Source: Podarcis muralis (lineage: Eukaryota). From it: DNA of 64,000 bases. The notes under the pieces are model-generated. The model worked only from the letters and a program-made list of their open reading frames with translations. It was not told the DNA's origin and did not search any database. The translations under genes were made by a program, and so were the position numbers. Of the stretch, positions 60,629 through 64,000 are shown in pieces. The DNA is taken from the NCBI RefSeq assembly GCF_964188315.1, contig NC_135673.1, positions 38,068,001 to 38,132,000 on the forward strand, given 5' to 3'. The stretch's first letter is position 1. Each line of letters begins with the position of its first letter.

Positions 60629-63597
60629 TAATACATACATTTGGCCACTATCTCTGGAAACAGTTTGCACCTGAGTTCACAACAGCATTGCAGCATAAAG
60701 CTGAAAAGAGCATGGTTTCTTCACCACTTTGATTGGAAAGCAATTCTAAATGTGGAGATACCATGGAGAACCCTCACCCCCAAAGCCAGCATAAGCTTTA
60801 AAGTGTTCAGGACACCAGCTCTGTGTTTGGTAACATCTCATTTGACCACTGATGAAGGAACAAGGAAGGAAGCCTGTACCCATGCAGCCCATGCAAAGTA
60901 AAAAACTGAATGCATTGCTTTTAGTACAGTGCAGGCTTCCCTGCATGAGATGTTTGCAGCAAAGAATGCCTGTTTGTGCTAGTCTTCCCTTCTGTCACTA
61001 TTTTGGTCCCCACAGCATTCAGAGTATCTCTCCTTTTTAAAAAAGATCTCCTATGGTCCCTTTTGATACATTCATGACTTTTCCTGGCCTTCGGTGTCTG
61101 CAATCTACCTCTGAGGTTCCCTGTAAATTTTGTTTTAACTTAATATCTTGATTGGAGCCCCACATTATGCTGGCAGCACCCTTGCTATATCTCTGTGTGG
61201 GTCTGTCTGTCTTTTCACCCCTGCAGCTCAACCACAGAAATTTCACTGAAATTTTCTCTCCCCATTTTTGAATAAAATTTATTTTATCATTAGTGGGTGG
61301 GAAATGGTGGTGGTGGTGAAACAGGGAAATAATTCAGAACTCCGATCCCAAGATGCTAGTGCACCTAGATTTGAGCCCAGTGGACATTCCTGGCCCCTGT
61401 ACTACCAACAGGGGAAGTTTTCTTCGTACAACTAACCTGGCCCAAACTGGATAGGTTTTTTTTAGCAGCTGCCCTTTCACCCTCCTTCTCACAGGTTCTC
61501 TCTGAAGCACTCCCTTTTTTACATTCCAGATTGTCTGACTAATCAGCTTTGAAAAGGCACCTTGCACTGTCTAATGGTCCCTTTAATCAACATGACTTGT
61601 CCCACCCTGGATAATTAGAACCCCTGGGAGTATTTGCCTGGACACGACAATATGCCCATGTGTCAAAATGGTTAAGAACATTGAGACAACAAGACCTTGA
61701 TGTGGTTGTTTAACTGGGATGTTCCAAGTCACGATCATTTCAGTTCAGGCTTCTCTGCAAATATGAAAAGAAAACACACCATTAAGGCTGTCTGTTTGTT
61801 CTCCGTGGCTTTTTATTTCTGATTGCTCTGGGAACAAGTAATTTTTTGCACAAATCCTTTTGTAGGCCACTTGCAATCAGCCTGCTATTTCATTACATGC
61901 TTAGCATATTTTCTTCATGCTTGATGGGAGAGTGTGTGTGTGTTTTAAGTGTGCTGAAGAGCAGAAACTGTCTGCATATTTTGCCTTTATCCCTGTTCTG
62001 AGTTTCTTGCTTCATAGAGAGCTGTTAAACTAATCCAAGTCTGGGTAAAGTTTCCTGTTTATATGACATTAGAATGAAATTAGCATCCCTGTTCTTCAAG
62101 ATGGCAGCATGGTCGACGAATATCTATTGGAAGCAAGAAGAAAGATGGAAAATAAAAGTCTCTTAGGGATGGGTCAGAAACTCCTTTTGGTTCAAATAAC
62201 CATTGACATTTAAATGTGAGCAGGCATTTAAGATGGCAAGTGTAAGTGTTAAGTGGAGGAAAAAATCATAACTTATCGGCTTGTTTTATGATTTGTCTAA
62301 TGTTTGGTTTTTCATTGTTCCTCACTCTGAGATTACTTTGCAATGAAGGGAAAGCCATAAATATAAATGAATTGAAATTAATTAATAGTATCAAGAGCTG
62401 CTAGTCAACATGATGTTGAAATACTGCCACTATGTTAGGAGGCAGCATCACTCTGAATCCATTCAGGGAGAAAATTTGGAATTTTCTTATTACTATGGTG
62501 AAGAAATGGCACAGGAAGAGGACATTGACAGGCAGACAAGAAGCTTCCTTAGAACTGGTAAGAAGTAAGACAAATGTTGTACATTAGATCAGTCTTAGTA
62601 TTTTGGGTATGTGTAACAAAGAGCGGGGAATGCAGCAAACTTCCTATGGTTGGGATTTGATTTACAGGGTCTGAAATCATATTGACAATTGAAATTAAAG
62701 TGCATGTCAGTTTCTCAGCACTCCGGGCATATGAGTCAATTCTTCAGATATGGATTGGAGTTGGGAATATGGGTCGGAGAGGGCTTTTGTACTCACATCC
62801 TACTTGTGGGATTCCCAGAAGCATCCGATGAGCCACTTTGCAGGTAAAGGATGCTGGATTAGACAGGCCTTTCATCTGAACAAGCAGGGTTCTTCTCAAG
62901 TTTCCACAATAAGAGTAATGTAGAAGAGAGTGTGTTGCTTGGGTTCTCGGAAGGCTTGCTTTCAACCTGCCCCACTCTTATGTGCATCATAACTCTTAAA
63001 CTATAAGTCGTTACTATAAAATGTACATCAGCTGCACAAACTTTGGTAGAAGATGGCATATAAATGTAGTAAATTGGATCTATTCCCCCACCCCCAGAAT
63101 GGCAAGTATTCGTACTATGTGTGTTCACAAAGACAGTGGCTTTCTCCTGCAATCTCTACTGGATGTTTCCTTCCTGGTGTAATGTTTAGACTACAAATGT
63201 AGTGCTATGGTGGCATAGTGCCATGCATTGCTACTAGTTTACTACAGCAATTTGAGAGTGGTAGTTTAGTGCTATAGCCATGGGGTGTTTGATTAGTGTA
63301 TTTTGTCCTACAAAACAGAAATACCTGGAGACATTTCCTTCTTGAAAATCCTCCACTTGTTATTTTCAGAGCTATGGGGAGTAGCCATTATTTATTTGTT
63401 TGGGCACAAAGCAAGGAGGAGTTGAATCTTTACCAAGGGTAAAGAGCACAGAAGGGAATACCTTGCTGCTGAAAATAATGTCAGACCAAAGCTATTTGTG
63501 CCTGAAAAGATATCTGAAAATGCAAATATAACTTTACATCTTGCCTGACTTTAAATTTCAAGCATGGAGAAAAGGGAGTGAATCCCCTGGATGTGTG

Positions 63598-63600
<3 letters not shown>

Positions 63601-63644
<44 letters not shown>
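63601..63644. repeat. (CA)n microsatellite
   Basis: Seen directly. Confidence 0.98.
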
Positions 63645-63647
<3 letters not shown>

Positions 63648-64000
63648 TCTTTTCCCTTTGCAACGGTAGGATGTTGTGTTTCTCTCTTTCATTTATCCCT
63701 GTGGAAAAGCATCTCTGATTAGCAAGTGCCTTCACAGGTTGGCCTCTTTCTTAATCCTTTGACTTTCTGCATGACCTCTCCGACTGTTTGGAGGAGCAAT
63801 CTGTTCCTGTTCCAGGCTGTTTCATACCTCAGTGATAGCCTGCTTAGTCTCCTTCAGGCCTGCCAAGTATCAAGGTCTCTCTGTGTGACACATGGCTACC
63901 GTGTCACTCACACAGCCACCAAGTGAAACCAATATCCATGACCCCGCTGCTTCTGTTCCTTTAAAAGACCTCTGGACTGTAACGCTCTGTCTCTTCGCCA

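Overview
Eukaryotic, repeat-rich DNA, almost certainly from a squamate reptile and probably a lacertid lizard. This is inferred from the Sauria/Squam1 SINEs with Bov-B-related tails, Bov-B, CR1, L2, a squamate-type L1, and hAT and Tigger-like MITEs. I could not identify any host protein-coding exon by homology. The window looks like an intergenic region or a very large intron. The ORFs in the supplied track are either retroelement remnants or chance/low-complexity ORFs. Many insertions are resolvable to the base through target-site duplications (TSDs). The most notable structures are: (1) a five-level nested stack at 7.5-10.3 kb, CR1 > CR1 tail > solo-LTR-like element > RTE-X-like LINE > Tigger-like MITE, the MITE carrying a 24-bp higher-order minisatellite; (2) a candidate 9-nt microexon at 59176-59184 plus a few weaker plus-strand exon candidates; (3) a compensatory base-pair change in the 3' stem-loop of two Sauria SINE subfamilies; (4) a roughly 98% identical inverted CR1 pair. 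There is a 324-N assembly gap at 14199-14522. I found no convincing evidence of a wholly new biological system. All family names come from recalled consensus features, not from database searches.
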